64,000 nucleotides of DNA from Octopus vulgaris (lineage: Eukaryota): contig OX597814.1 of the NCBI GenBank assembly GCA_951406725.2, forward strand, positions 160,394,001 through 160,458,000, read 5' to 3'. Below, in pieces: positions 40,470 through 54,097 of the stretch. The notes beneath the pieces were generated by a model that saw only the letters and a program-made list of their open reading frames with translations, was not told the DNA's origin and searched no databases. Made by a program: the position numbers and the translations under genes. How positions within the stretch are numbered: position 1 is the stretch's first letter; every line of letters starts with the position of its first letter.

Positions 40470-41341
40470 CTAGATGTACTCGTGACCTGTTGGGTCAAAC
40501 CACTCCAAGTTGAAAATGTCGATAAAGAAAAAAATACTATTTCAAACTCCATGCAATAAAATTCTTAAATACTACAGTTCTCCTGCTTTTAACGTGACAA
40601 CATAAACACGACCAAGTGTTTCTTCTTTGAAAACATTCGAATGGCCTTCAACCTTTTTCCTCGCATTCGTCTTTGCCATTCTTCGTTACTACTGTTTCAA
40701 GTGAGATAGATACTTCAGCATAATGCAATGTTTTTGCAAAGTCATCATTGGTGCACAATGAAAAGAATTCTGTCAATGTTGTTCTCATATGTCCTCATTA
40801 TTTCTGATTGTTCATCTGGTAGATGAACTTGCAGTCTCACTATTGCAGGTACACTTTCATGAATTGAAAATCCTAAAATAGATACAACTACTTTGGATGG
40901 TCCAATATACCTACCCATTAGATATTGATTAAGTTCGTTATCATTATTTATTTGAACGACAGCTTGGTCATTTCTTTGATGACGTACTTAATTTACCTCA
41001 CTGAGGCAAGGATTTCAACGTTGCAGTGGCATTTGAATGCTCTTAAAAGAGTTTCATTATAAAGTACAACCCATTTGTTGTTGTTTGTTTACCCATTCTT
41101 ATGAGATTCAACTCCTCCCATTGCAACTAATCTTCATCTATAAAGTTATAGTCTCTCTGTGTGTTTTTTTTTTTTGCTACCTTATGATTAAGATGATAAA
41201 GATTTATATTTTATTTTAAATAAAATAGAAATTTTTCCCCTTGAAGAAACAAAATCAAGTGCCCGTGATTCAAAGAATATCCCATAAAAATATAGGGAGA
41301 ATTTCTAACTTTCAGTCCACGGGACTCAAAAGATGTATAGA
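40470..41341 (-). mobile_element. Internally deleted Helitron retaining a RepHel coding relic
   Basis: 5' A|TCTATACAT; 3' hairpin TGACC-caaca-GGTCA then CTAG|T; 40690-41085 translates to NKWVVLYNETLLRAFKCHCNVEI...QYLMGRYIG...ILGFSIHESVPAIVRLQVHLPDEQ, typical of Helitron RepHel. Confidence 0.85.
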
Positions 41342-41530
41342 TTATTAAGGAAAGAAAAAGAAAGTAAGAAAAAAGATGACAGACGGTGATAAGTTGGTGA
41401 CAGCTGTGACGACTCTTTGAAATGTCGACATTTTCAACTTAATTTTTTTATTCTTAAGGTGCAATTGACAATTTTATTTGTAATCTTTATCATGTTAAAC
41501 AAATGGCGGGGAAACAGACTTTTAGTTTCA

Positions 41531-41575
<45 letters not shown>

Positions 41576-41712
41576 TATGCGAAAGGGTGCTGAAAAGTTC
41601 GTGGCTCTGGGTAAAAGAGAATACAGGAGGATCAATTAAGTTTTTATTCAACATATTCCCCTCTTATTGCAGCAGTCCTTCAGTTTTTCTAAGCCCTGTA
41701 AAAGAACTTTCC
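41576..41712. mobile_element. Mariner-type terminal fragment
   Basis: TATGCGAAAGGGTGCTGAAAAGTTC resembles a TA-CGAGGGxGTGCTGAAAAGTTC TIR; TTTATTCAACATATTCCCC resembles the reverse of a mariner ORF end (GEYVE*). Confidence 0.55.
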
Positions 41713-41814
41713 AGACGTATAAGTACATATGTGCATATCTAGACATGCATAAAACAAAACATACAAATCTGCACGTGCACTAGTTCCAAATACACATACA
41801 TGCACAAATAGTCT

Positions 41815-41910
41815 GTTGATGTTGTTGAAATTCCAATGAAGGAGACTTGGGTCTAGGTTAGAAACCTGCTCTTCCACTATTGGAAAGAAATCTTGAAATA
41901 AAACTGAATA
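41815..41910 (+). mobile_element. 3' UTR stub of the R4-like family
   Basis: GGAGACTTGGGTCTAGGTTAGAAACC...AATAAAAC resembles the reverse complement of 52150-52240. Confidence 0.45.
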
Positions 41911-42107
41911 ATGGCAGAATCGTTAGCACGCCGGGGAAAATGCTTCGCGGCATTTCGTCCGTCTTTACATTATGAGTTCAAATTCTGTTGACTTTGCCTT
42001 CCATCATGCGGGGTCGATAAAATAGGTACCAGTTGAACACTGGGGTCAATGTAGTCGACTCATCCCCTCCCTTAAAATTGCTGCCCTTGCAACAAAATTT
42101 GAAACCA
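41911..42107 (+). mobile_element. SINE family B
   Basis: TGGCAGAATCGTTAGCACGCCGGGGAAAATGC...GAGTTCAAATTC...GGGGTCGATAAAATAGGTACCAG; ATT/ATC tail. Confidence 0.85.
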
Positions 42108-42213
42108 TTATTATTATTATCATCATCATCATCATCATCATCATATTTTAAAAAGGATTGACGTAACTCTTCACAAAGGTAAACAGGCAAGACGAAGAGC
42201 GCGATTTTATTGG

Positions 42214-42256
42214 TTGAGCGATATTTCAACAGTAAGTCTGTCTTTGTCAAGTTCAA
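42214..42256 (-). ncRNA. Minimal hammerhead fold in the inverted pseudo-LTR
   Basis: TTGAAC-TTGACAA-A-GACAG-actta-CTGTT-GAAA-TA-TC-GCTCAA. Confidence 0.65.
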
Positions 42257-42689
42257 AAAAAAGAGGTGATAAAAATTCAAAATCATAGAAATTTAAATTT
42301 GAAATGAACGAGAGCAACCAGCGTCCACAAGTTGATGGAATGACATCAGTCTTTAAGTTTCAATTTTATAGCAAGCGAAAAGAAAAAGACAGAAAAAAAG
42401 AAGGCAGAAAAAATGAGGAAAGAAAAAAAGAAAAGGAAAAAGAAGAATATTTAATCAAACAGTTTGTATAATTTTGATGATATTCTCTTGTCATTTTATT
42501 CATTCCTCCAGGGCGTGGTGTTAATAACCCGCAAACATATTTCTCCTCGTGCACTCTGAGAAGTGAAAGTGAAGTAGATTTAGACTATTTTCTGAGAATA
42601 TGCAAATGAAATAGCTAAGATTAGCAAAGATAGTCAAACCTTCACGCATAATTTTAGCAAGCAATATAATAGATGACAGAATTCTTTTA

Positions 42690-43298
42690 GTGATTACTGG
42701 CACCGAAATTTCGCTGGCATTTCAAAAAATGTTGCATGAAAGTTACCAGCATGTGACGAAAAAATATCCTCGTTTCAAACAGATATTTCCTCAGCCACCT
42801 ATTGTAGCCTTCAGACCGAATAAGAATATAAGAGAATTATTGACCTTTATTTCTGACTCCAAGAAAACGAACATTGGATTATCTGCACGCTGTACCTTGG
42901 AAAACAACCGCAAAAGAGGTAAGCCCTCTTCATTGTGCAACAACATGAGTCAAGTGAATTCCATCAAGAATCATAGCAGAAATATTATAATTTATACAGA
43001 TGGTGGTGCATGTAGAGATTCCCATTTGGTGTACGCTGCAGAATGCAAGAAACACAACATGATTTATATTGGTTGTACAACAGAACAATTAAACAAAAGG
43101 TTTAATGGGCACAGATTCGACGTCAGGCATGTCAATAACAGTAGTTCGACAGAACATTTCGTTTCAAACGGCTGCAATTTTGAAAAATATTTGAAAATGC
43201 AGCACATCCTGAGAAAATATTCTGAATCTACTTCACTTTCACTTCTCAGAATGCATGAAGAGAAATATGTTTGCGGGTTATTAACATCACACCCTTGA
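42690..43298 (+). pseudogene. Penelope linker plus GIY-YIG endonuclease, truncated
   Basis: IFPQPPIVAFRPNKNIRELL, LVYAAECKKHNMIYIGCTTEQLNKRFNGHRFD, EHF, EEKYVCGLLT; the stop interrupts P*GMNK, which the inverted arm reads as PGGMNK. Confidence 0.88.
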
Positions 43299-43523
43299 GG
43301 AATGAATAAAATGGCAGGAGAATATCATCAAATTTATACAAAACTGTTTGATTAAATATTCTTCTTTTTCCTTTTCTTTTTTTCTTTCTTTTCCTTTTCG
43401 CCTGTTATTAACTTGAAGCTTAAAGACTGATGACGTCATTCCATCGACGCTTGGATGCTGGTTGCTCTCGTTCATACTTTAAATTTAAATTTCTATAATT
43501 TTGGATTTTTATCACCTCTTATT

Positions 43524-43566
43524 TTGAACTTGACAAAGACAGACTTACTGTTGAAATATCGTTCAA
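43524..43566 (+). ncRNA. Minimal hammerhead fold in the Penelope pseudo-LTR
   Basis: TTGAAC-TTGACAA-A-GACAG-actta-CTGTT-GAAA-TA-TC-GTTCAA; perfect 6-bp stem I, U3/A8 in place of C3/G8. Confidence 0.7.
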
Positions 43567-43570
43567 GTAA

Positions 43571-43645
<75 letters not shown>

Positions 43646-44300
43646 CAGGCATCTTTTGTACGACACGTCTTTTCGCAGCTCATCTCATTGACAGAGATGC
43701 ATTCATGGGTCAAACGTAGACCAGAGTAAAACGTTTGGCATCTAGAATGTTGCCAAACGCTTATTGTATTGTACCAACTGCCCAAAACCGTTAGCAGGAA
43801 AACAACTCAATATTTCTAGGGGTGGGCTGGTTGAGGTTATGAGTGATGATGGCCTAGGATTGAATCTAGGCATCGACGAGAACAGTCTGAGGGGACCTTC
43901 GGGTCGAAGAGCATGGCAATTTCTAAAGGTCTTTGGCTTGGCAGTGCTACAGAGAGGCATTATCTGTTCGAGACAAGTTCTTCAGATAAGAGGCTGTGTA
44001 GTGGACCTGTCAGAAAGATTTGAAGACAGGCACATTCCTATCTGGTCAAACCCTTATGAATTTCTTCAAATATCATTTGAAGAGGAAGGTGAGGGGAGAG
44101 AAGGGGGGTGCTGCTTTCTAGTGTACTTATCAAAAGGTGGTCGACAGTGAGACTGAATGGATCTACTCTGAATATGCAGGAGGAAAGAAACTAGAAGAGG
44201 GCACTTACCCATGCCTTGGAGATAGAGTAAAACGGGATTTTTGTGTGGAGTTTACCCCGGATTACCCTAAGTGGACTGCTCCGCTATTGGGGATTTTATT
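43646..44300 (+). pseudogene. Degenerate Tx1-clade LINE 3' fragment related to 12698-13985
   Basis: SFVRHVFSQLISLTEMHSWVKRR versus PFVRHAFPQLVSMTELQSWIKKR; NFFKYHLKRKVR; zinc-finger segment deleted; starts right after (ATT)n. Confidence 0.85.
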
Positions 44301-44476
44301 TATTTATTTATTTATTATTTCTATACTTTCTATTATATATCTTCTGTTATATTCTTTAATGTGGTAGTATCTCCCCTTGATCGATGTCAACCCCACATGT
44401 TTTTGTAAATTTTTGTGCTCGTAATTCGTCCTTCGATAGTGTCCTCCATGTCTTGGGTCCTTGTGGCCAATAATTG

Positions 44477-44567
<91 letters not shown>

Positions 44568-44639
44568 CATCATCATCATCATCATCATCATCATCTTCAT
44601 CATCATCATTATCATCATCGTCATCATCATCATCTGCTT

Positions 44640-44915
44640 AATGGATCCGTCTGAAAGGCTTGAAGACAAGCACATTCCTGTCTGGTCAAGCCCTCATCAA
44701 TTTCTTCAAATATCATTTGAAGAGGAAAGTGAGGGGAGAGAAGGAGGTGCTGCCTTCTAGTGTGTTTATCAAAAGGTAGTCGACAGTTACAAGACTGGTG
44801 AGACTGAATGGATCTAGTCTGAATATGCAGGAGGGAAGAAGCTGGAAGAGGGTGCTTACCCATGCCTTGGAGATAGCAGAGTAATCCGGGAGTTTTCTGT
44901 GGGGTTTACCCGTGA
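44640..44915 (+). pseudogene. Second Tx1-clade 3' fragment
   Basis: WIRLKGLKTSTFLSGQALINFFKYHLKRKVRGEKEVL; homologous to 44000-44260; starts right after (ATC)n. Confidence 0.85.
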
Positions 44916-45381
44916 TGATTTCTTTTATTTGCCACAAATGTATAGTGTGTATGTATGTGTATTGTGTATCTCTGCTAGTGAAACGTATTTATGCATGTAA
45001 TGAATTCTTCATCAGACGTTGGGTTGTGAAAATATCAGTCGTGTGCGCCTATCAATATAGAGCACAAACAGTTGGTACTTCCTTCATATTGCTCAGTTTG
45101 ACAAATGAACCAATCAATCGGCTTGATTGATTCAACATCTTTCTCTGAACTCAACGTGTATGCCTGATGCCTGTTCATCTATGTTACTAGATCGGTCGAT
45201 CCAGCAGCATAAATTATTAACTCAAAACATTTGGAAATTCTCTCTGCCACCTCTGTATTTACCCCAACTGCTAAACATGAAATTATTTATAATAATAGAA
45301 TTCTTTCGCCGCTATTTGATGATCTATAGTAGTCTTCACATCTTAGTTGCTCATGGGAGAAATCTAGCTCAATCCCTAATT

Positions 45382-45444
<63 letters not shown>

Positions 45445-45454
45445 TGCGTGCGTG

Positions 45455-45527
<73 letters not shown>

Positions 45528-45541
45528 CTTGTGTGTGTACA

Positions 45542-45915
45542 TACAGAGTGCAGTGAATATACTGTTGTCTAAATTACCGAGAAATGAAAATAACACTGAC
45601 ATCTCATTTTAACAGATATATTTACCAAAATTACATAGAAATATTTTGAAACACTAACGAAGAAATTTATTCAATAAAATCGCCATTTGTTTCAACCACG
45701 TCTTCCAGGCAACTTCAGAATCTCCTGCAACTCTTCTGGGCGGTCCCCTTGTTTAAGTTGGTGAATGCTGCCATAATCCTTGCTTTCAGTTCATCTTTGG
45801 TGTTACAAGGAGTTTTGTTGGTCTCTCGCTCAACTGCATACCACACAATAATCAAGGGGGTTACAGTCTGGGGAGTTAAGTGGCCAGATGTTAAGAGTGA
45901 TGTAGTCGGAGAAAT
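45542..45915 (-). mobile_element. Tc1/mariner-superfamily transposase C-terminal relic with terminal repeat
   Basis: WPLNSPDCNPLDY, then frameshift to WYAVERETNKTPCNTKDELKARIMAAF...VVETNGDFIE*; terminus TA-CAGAGTG; third catalytic residue D suggests a DDxD (maT-like) group. Confidence 0.85.
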
Positions 45916-46869
45916 TGTGTGTGTGTGTGTGTGTATAAGTGTTTGTGTGTCGTATGTGTGTGTGTGTTTCCAAGGTATGATTTTAACCTGCATCCAGTAG
46001 TAGGCCCTGATTCGAGAGATCCAGGATATAGAGGAGTGTGGAATCATCTCTTAGCCATTATTGTTCCCAGCTCTACTGTGACCCGGAGTAGTAGCTATGG
46101 GTTAACTACTATATTAGGGCTTGCCCACCTATGCATGTGAAGACTGGAACCGGCGGATTCTAAGGAAGACATTATCACGGTGCAATGGAGAAGAAGACGA
46201 CTGCAGCAAAGCATTGTGAAGTGCAGAAAACAGATGAGACAAGTAAGACATCTTAGTTATCCACAGCACCCGCTTCCATTCCCAATCATCTTACCACTGG
46301 ACTGAAGATTGTCTCGGAAAACAGAAAAATGTTGAGAGTGCAAAGCTCTTCTTTACTTTAAGCAAAGTCACTCTGTAGGTCATTAATCATCAGTCATATT
46401 TAAGGATGACTGGGTGGTCCTCATCGCTCCGACGAACGACTATGTATCATACGAAAACGAGTAATCGATAATTCTCAATAACAACGAAAACTATGAAGTT
46501 TGGATTGAAAAACACTCGAAAGAAAATTTTCAGACTCCGGACAACATGTTCCCTCTGCTTGTCAAATTAAACAACAGTTTGGAATGAAAACTTCATCAGC
46601 AGCGATCGTAAAATGTTTTTAAGCATAGCCTTGGCCAAAAGTATTAGGCTATCCCAATGTTTTGGGGTTCTGCTATCCCAATGTTAATGAAACTCGTGAA
46701 CATGGTAGATTATGGTATATTTCACAATATACATTCGTTTTAATATCTGCTTGACCCTCCTTTAGCATCAATTATTGCTTTTATACGGTTAGTCATTGAA
46801 TCAACTAGTTTCTTGCAGGTGCTAGGCCCAATTTTGCTTCATTCATCTCTCAACTTTTGTTACAAATGC

Positions 46870-48170
46870 TCTTTGTTATACTCCAGGCAATAACAGAGGA
46901 ATTCAAGACTGGATGCCCCTGGGAGCTCCTTTATGTTGACGACCTTGCTCTAATTGCTGAGTCACTATCAGAACTAGAGAAGTTTCAGGTGTGGAAACAA
47001 GGATTAGAATCGAAGGGCCTTAGAGTCAACCTAGCTAAAACCAAAGTCCTAATAAGTAGGAAGGCAGGCAAACCACAAATCCCTTCAGGTCGATGGCCCT
47101 GCTCGATCTGTAGAAAAGGCGTAGGTAGAAACTCTATAAGATGTACACAGTAAGCTATAAGAGGTGCAGCAATATCAAAGGAAGGCTAACTGGGAAGATA
47201 GTTTTTTTGTATGTAGCAGATGCTCAGCAGCAATAAACACTGAAAATGGGCAGAGAACAACTTTCGCCACATTCCAGGGAGAAAAACTAGAAGTGGTTGA
47301 TAGCTTCCGTTACCTATGGGACTTAGACAGTAGCTGCTAGAAAGTGTAGCTGCTAGAATAAGAATATCCTGGGCAAAGTTCAGAGAGCTCTTACCTCTGC
47401 TGGTGACAAAGGGCCTCTCTCTCAGAGTAAAAGGTAGACTGTACGACGCATGTGTACGAACAGCCATGCTACATGGCAGTGAAACATGGACCGTGACTGC
47501 AGAGGACGTGCGTAAGCTCGCAAGGAATGAAGCCAGTATGATCCGATGGATGTGTAATGTCAGTGTACATACACGACAGAGTGTAAGTACCTTGAGAGAA
47601 AAGTTGGACTTAAGAAGCATCAGATGTAGTGTGCAAGAGAGACGACTGTGCTGGTATGATCATGTGACGAGAATGGATGAGGATAGCTGTGTGAAAAAGT
47701 CCCACATCCTAGCGGTTGAGGGAGCCTGTGGAAGAGGTAGACCCAGGAAGAACTGGGATGAAGTGGTGAAGCACGACCTTCGAACATTAGGCTTTCCCGA
47801 GGCAATGACCAGTGACCGAGAATTTTGGAAACATGCTGTGCTTGAGAAGACTCGGCAAGTCAAGTGAGACCATAACCTTGTGGCCTAAGCCAGGGGTTTA
47901 ACCAGCCCACTTATGCAAGTGAAATCGGAATCGAAATCAAATTCGCTGACTGGCATCCGTGCTAGTGGAGCTCTAAGGGCACCATCCGAGCGTGGTCATT
48001 GCCAGAGCGGCTAACTGGCGTTCGTGCCGGTGGCACGTAAAAAGCACCATTCAAGCGTGATCGTTACCAGCGTCGCCTTACCGGCACTTGTGCCGGTGTG
48101 CAGGTGACACGTAAAAAAAAAACGATTCTTCCGCGGCAGTTGCCAGTACCGCCTGACTGGTCCCCGTGCT
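46870..48170 (+). pseudogene. 5'-truncated, frameshifted RTE-clade LINE
   Basis: LLYVDDLALIAES, GLRVNLAKTKV, Cys-rich insert CSICRKGVGRNSIRCTQ, MLHGSETW, RRLCWYDHVTRM, GRGRPRKNW; 3' repeats GCCGGTGGCACGTAAAAAGCACC. Confidence 0.9.
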
Positions 48171-48698
48171 GCGTATATTTGGTAATAGATATCATACTAC
48201 TTTTACCTATAGATAGATGTTTAGGCATGTATGTATGTAAGTATGAATATGTATATGGAGGTCTGTATGTGTATATGGATAAATGTATACACATATGTAT
48301 GCATAGAAATCCTATCAATTTTTTTGTCATAACTTGCCTGAAGATCCAGTTTACCTACAGGTAACAAGATGATTCTACCAACATTACGTGTGTGTGTGTG
48401 TACAGTATTTATAAATGTAGGATTGTGCATGTGCTTATTGCAACGTATATTTATTAGATACCGTTGAAATGGTGGTATTGGTGACGCCGGTGGTACAGAT
48501 GGCGTCTTGGTGTTTCGTTTTTGCCACAAAGTTAACCCAGACTCTCGCACACTCACACGCACAATCATACACATACATACATACATATATACATACCAAA
48601 TATACATGCATATATATGTATATATATATATGTATATGTATATATATATGCATATGTATATATGTATATAATTCGTCGTTCAACTCCATTCTTTCATA

Positions 48699-48747
<49 letters not shown>

Positions 48748-49231
48748 TATATATGTATGTATGATTTCCTGTGTGTGTATATACATATACATATATATAT
48801 GAAGTTACGTATGTATAATTGTCTGTGTGTGTATATATATATATATAGATGAATGGATGGATGTAAATATATGCAGGATTATATCCCCCTACCACCACCG
48901 CCACCATTAGTAATTTCCAGCAGCGAACTAATCAGTTCAACTAAGAAATTCCAAGTGATTATGGTATTTGCTTGGCTCCAACTATTTACAAATCCTTACA
49001 TATAATTAGTGTTTGTCGATTTTGACTTTTATTTTCATTTTCTCGTTTGGTTTTGGCATTTTTTTTCTTTTAAATTTTATACAATTTTTAGTTTAGTCTG
49101 TGCGTTCTGTTTTTTGTTTTTACTGATATTATTTGATATGAATTCATCTTTCTGCCTTATGATCATGCATTCAGTTGTGTGTATATATATATTTATATAT
49201 GTATGCACTTATATATGCATATACACATATA

Positions 49232-49304
<73 letters not shown>

Positions 49305-49462
49305 TTATATTTATATACAAAATTTCTTTAAGCAAGTAAATACAAATTATTATATATTCGCCTTGATATAGTTTTCTTTCGTCCCGACTTTACTGCTTTA
49401 TTCATACTCTAAACTTTTATTCATATATATTCCATCATCATCTTTGAACATATCACTTACTC

Positions 49463-49650
49463 CTTCTTCTTCTTCTTCTTCTTCTTCTTCTTCTTCTTCT
49501 TCTTCTTCTTCTTCTTCTTCTTCTTCTTCTTCTTCTTCTTCTTCTTCTTCTTCTTCTTCTTCTTCTTCTTCTTCTTCTTCTTCTTCTTCTTCTTCTTCTT
49601 CTTCTTCTTCTTCTTCTTCTTCTTCTTCTTCTTCTTCTTCTTCTTCTTCT
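49463..49650. repeat. Perfect (TTC)n, about 62 units
   Basis: Direct reading. Confidence 0.97.
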
Positions 49651-49811
49651 CTCACTCTCTTTCCCTCTTTCTCTCTTTCTTTTCTCTCTCATTCTCACAC
49701 ACACACACACACACACACATACATTCACTCCCCCTATCTCCCTGCCACCACACTTCTTCCTGTTTTGCATCCCTAGTTTATATTTGCATCATCGTGTGTG
49801 CATTTGTATGT

Positions 49812-49844
<33 letters not shown>

Positions 49845-49999
49845 TATGCATATATATGCACGTGTACATATATATGTGTGTGTGTGTGCATTTTATATAT
49901 CTACACACACATATATATTTACATAAATATATGTTCATTTTTATATTTACATGCATATATGTTAATATATATATTTTTATATTTACACATATATATGTT

Positions 50000-50044
<45 letters not shown>

Positions 50045-51574
50045 CTTTATCCAACAACTTTCTACTCACCCATCCCACCTCCCTTCTAGGCATTTTCCTT
50101 GAACAAATATTTTTTTTTCCTTTACATATTTTTGTATACATATATTGGATCCTTTCTTTTCGTTTCCATTTTTCTTTCGGGTTTCAGTTTGATTTACCTT
50201 TCAAACTTACCCAAACCTAATATTTAATAATTTTTCCAAAATTTTTATAAAGATAGGACAGCAATTTGAGGCTGAAGTTCCAACATATATAAGATGAAAT
50301 TTTGGTATAGTGTTCTAGTGATGGCGGCGGCGGCGGTGATGGTGCTGTTGTTGGTAGTGGTGGGTGAATTATTGTATTAGACAAACAAACCTAACAAGCA
50401 GCTATATCTATCCAACAAGCCACCAGGCCATCTTATAATCCGGTTGATGAGAAATCAAATAAACTAGCAAACAAAACACAATGTTGAACATGGATGTAAA
50501 CCAATGAACTAGCATATATACATATATATACATATATACATATATATACATGCACACACACACATATATATATTCCTGCATGCATATACATTTTTATATT
50601 TATGTGTAAATATGCATGTATGCATGCATGTTAGTGATAACATACTGCCTTAAAGATACCCTCTTTTAGAAGTGACATGCATCATAAACAGAATGATGTG
50701 GACTCTGGTATAAAAACTATTTTAAATGTTTTGGACACGTGACCAAGAGTGTAAGTGGGGAAATAAATAGAGGTATGTATGTATGTGTCTATCTATCTAT
50801 TTATGTATCTATGTATACATGTATGTATGTATGTATGTATGTATGTATGTATGTATGTATGTATACATGCATTTATCTATCTATCTAGCTATCTATGCAC
50901 GTATTCATGTACGTATGTATATATATATTTGTGTGTGCGTACATATATATATATATACATGTGTATGTATGGCTGTGTGTAAACACATACACAAATACAT
51001 ACATGCATGCATGCATGCATACATACATACATACACACATACATACATACATACATACATACATACATACATACATACATACATACATACATGTAAGTAT
51101 ATATATACATGTGTACGTGTATCGTGAGTGGCATAGATGTCTGTGTATATATATATGTATGCACACAGAATGTAATGAGAGTGATTAGCTGAGATACTTT
51201 GCTTAAGACTTCTTAAGTCTATCACTATTATACCCGGGTACAGAAGTGCTTGGATTTCTCCGGTGACAGGATGCGGGATTTAAAATTCAAAATGCATAGA
51301 GCTAAAAGAGATACCGCACGACATCTCGTCCGCCGCTCTAACATTCTCTCAAAGAACTACTTTAGATTCGCACCTTGTATATGTAGGGGTGTTTATTGTA
51401 AGCCTATATTCGCGATGTGTACTTCCGAATTTTATAAGGTACTCACGCTGAATGAAGTTGAAAGTTAGAATTGACGACATTGTTTTCTTAAGTCCCGGTG
51501 TTACTTCTGACCGAGCCACGACCAACTCATTTTCAGAAATAGTATACCTGTGACTCCGTTTTATTGTTTCCACT

Positions 51575-51985
51575 GGCAAAATCGTTAGACTTCAGCAAAA
51601 TGTCAGGTGGTATTTCTTCGACACTTTAAATTCTGTGTTCAAATTTCGCCGAGGTCAACTTCACGTTTTATCTCTGCGTGGTCAATAAAATGAAGTACTA
51701 ACCAAGTACTGCTGGGTTCGACGGTGTCGTCTGCTTCTCTCCTGTCAAACTTACTGGCCTTGTGCCTAAAGCGAAAGCCTTATGGTGGCGAACTGACAGA
51801 ATCATCAGAGCATCGGGAAAAAGCCTTGCGCTATTTCTTCCGGTTCGATACGTACAACATTTGAATCCCACAGAGATCAATTTTGCCTTTCGGGATCGAT
51901 AAAATAGAGTACCAATCATATACTGAGGTCGATGATATGACTAACTTCCTGCTCCCAAAACTGATGAACTCGTGTCTAATTCAGA
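51575..51985 (+). mobile_element. Two tandem SINE family B copies, diverged
   Basis: TGGCAAAATCGTTAG...GTTCAAATTTCGCCGAGGTCAAC (51575-51780); GGTGGCGAACTGACAGAATC...GGATCGATAAAATAGAGTACC (51783-51985). Confidence 0.75.
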
Positions 51986-52149
51986 AGCCTATATTATTTA
52001 TCCATATTCAGTCTGTACGTATTCATGCAAAAATATATCATTATAAGACCAAACCACAAGACCTTTTTGTTTCCTGGTTTAAAATATAAGAGAAAAATCA
52101 CTACGTCGTGAAAGTGGAAGCAAGTAAAAGATAAAATATGTCTCTTCTA

Positions 52150-53030
52150 TTTTTTAATTATTATATATCTTCCACTGAAGAGGGAGCTAGTTTCCAACAA
52201 AGATACAAGTCTCTGTCTTTGGGATGTAGCTAACAGACAGATTCACATTTGGAATTTGAGAAAAGTCTTGCACATTTTTGCACTTGCAATGTACGAATTA
52301 GCCAGTTGATTTCTCTTTCTGAAAATCCCAGTTTATTCAGATTCTCCTTTAAGCATTTACTAACAAAACCTAGTGCTCCAATTATAATTTGTATGAATAT
52401 AAATTCATATTCCGGATATACAAGCTTGAGTTTCGAAGCAGTTGTCCATAGATATCTTCTTTTCCTTTGATTTTCAAAGAAATATTTATATCCGCAGCTG
52501 AGCTCTATGGCTGTACGTACCTTTACTCCACAGTCCCAAACGACAATATCCGTCCTGTTAAGTTTACATTTGATAGACGTTTTGATGGGAATATTCCACC
52601 ACTATTCCTTCAGTTGGTGTTTATCAATGTATTTCATAGCAGAGGGATTTTCAAAGTTTGTTTCAGGACAATCTTTTTTGCGGATGGCATTGTAAATTGC
52701 TTTAGCGACAACATCGTGCTGCATAGGGATGTAGTACCTTGACGACATTTTAGGACAGCTGTTAATCACATGCGTGATGTCTTTCACAGAAACATGACAT
52801 AGCCTACACATGCAGTTGTACCTTGGAATTGCAAGAGCGTCACTGAGAGTCTTGTTCATCAAGTACTTTGCGGCAATCACCTATTCGTGGATTGCAAACG
52901 CATAGCCTTCAAAGTGTGATGTGATGTAGTGGTCTTGTATCCAAGAGAGGCTGCGCTTCGTATCAATTCTATTGTCTTCTTCAAGCTTCCGGGCAGCATA
53001 CCCATACTTAGTCTTTCTTTCGTATGCTGA
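52150..53030 (-). pseudogene. Degenerate R4/Dong-like LINE 3' fragment
   Basis: SHFEGYAFAIHE*VIAAKYL, CRLCHVSVKDITHVINSCPKMSSRYYIPMQHDVVAKAIYNAI, WNIPIKT...RTDIVVWD, IIIGALG. Confidence 0.85.
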
Positions 53031-53089
<59 letters not shown>

Positions 53090-53143
53090 CATACATACAT
53101 ACATACATACATACATACATACATACATACATACATACATACA

Positions 53144-53174
<31 letters not shown>

Positions 53175-53179
53175 TGTGT

Positions 53180-53589
<410 letters not shown>

Positions 53590-53619
53590 GTACATACATA
53601 TATATATATATATATGTCA

Positions 53620-54008
53620 GTAGTGACATCGCTCCTTTACTCATGAGAGACATGTAAGGGTCCTTGAACGCTTTCGTCGGAGATGTAACAGACACATTCT
53701 GAAAGTCGGCTGGACCTTAAAAACTCCAGACACACAGATGGAGGAAGCAGGTTAAAGAAGGAGTCGATACTTTTGAGAGAGCACATATTCAGCATGAAGA
53801 ACTTAAGCATGCTGCTCGAAAGCACACTGCTGGTGTAGTGAATGGGGAAACCTTGGTGTGCAATGTTTGCAGTCGTTTATGCTTGTCAAGAGCAGGGGTC
53901 ATTAGCCACCACCGGAGCCGCAAATGCAAAATATAAGTTAGTCCTAGAGCTCACAATGTTCCTGAAGGTCAGCAATGGTCTTCCTCGGTCACGAGTGGAC
54001 GGCCATCA
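53620..54008 (+). pseudogene. Internally deleted RTE (BovB-like) LINE 3' end
   Basis: WRKQVKEGVDTFE...LVCNVCSRLCLSRAGVISHHRS C-terminal zinc finger; tail GGTCTTCCTCGGTCACGAGTGGACGGCCATC. Confidence 0.75.
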
Positions 54009-54036
54009 TATATATACATACATAAATACGACGGTC

Positions 54037-54094
<58 letters not shown>

Positions 54095-54097
<3 letters not shown>

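Larger units (their letters stand above)
42144..43566 (+). mobile_element. 5'-truncated Penelope-like element with inverted pseudo-LTRs
   Basis: 42214-42603 is an inverted copy of 43203-43566; GIY-YIG coding region between; ATC/ATT arrays on both sides. Confidence 0.88.

Noticed and set aside
49398-49776. Poly-E, poly-S and poly-R ORFs
   Set aside because: Different frames of one (TTC)n tract
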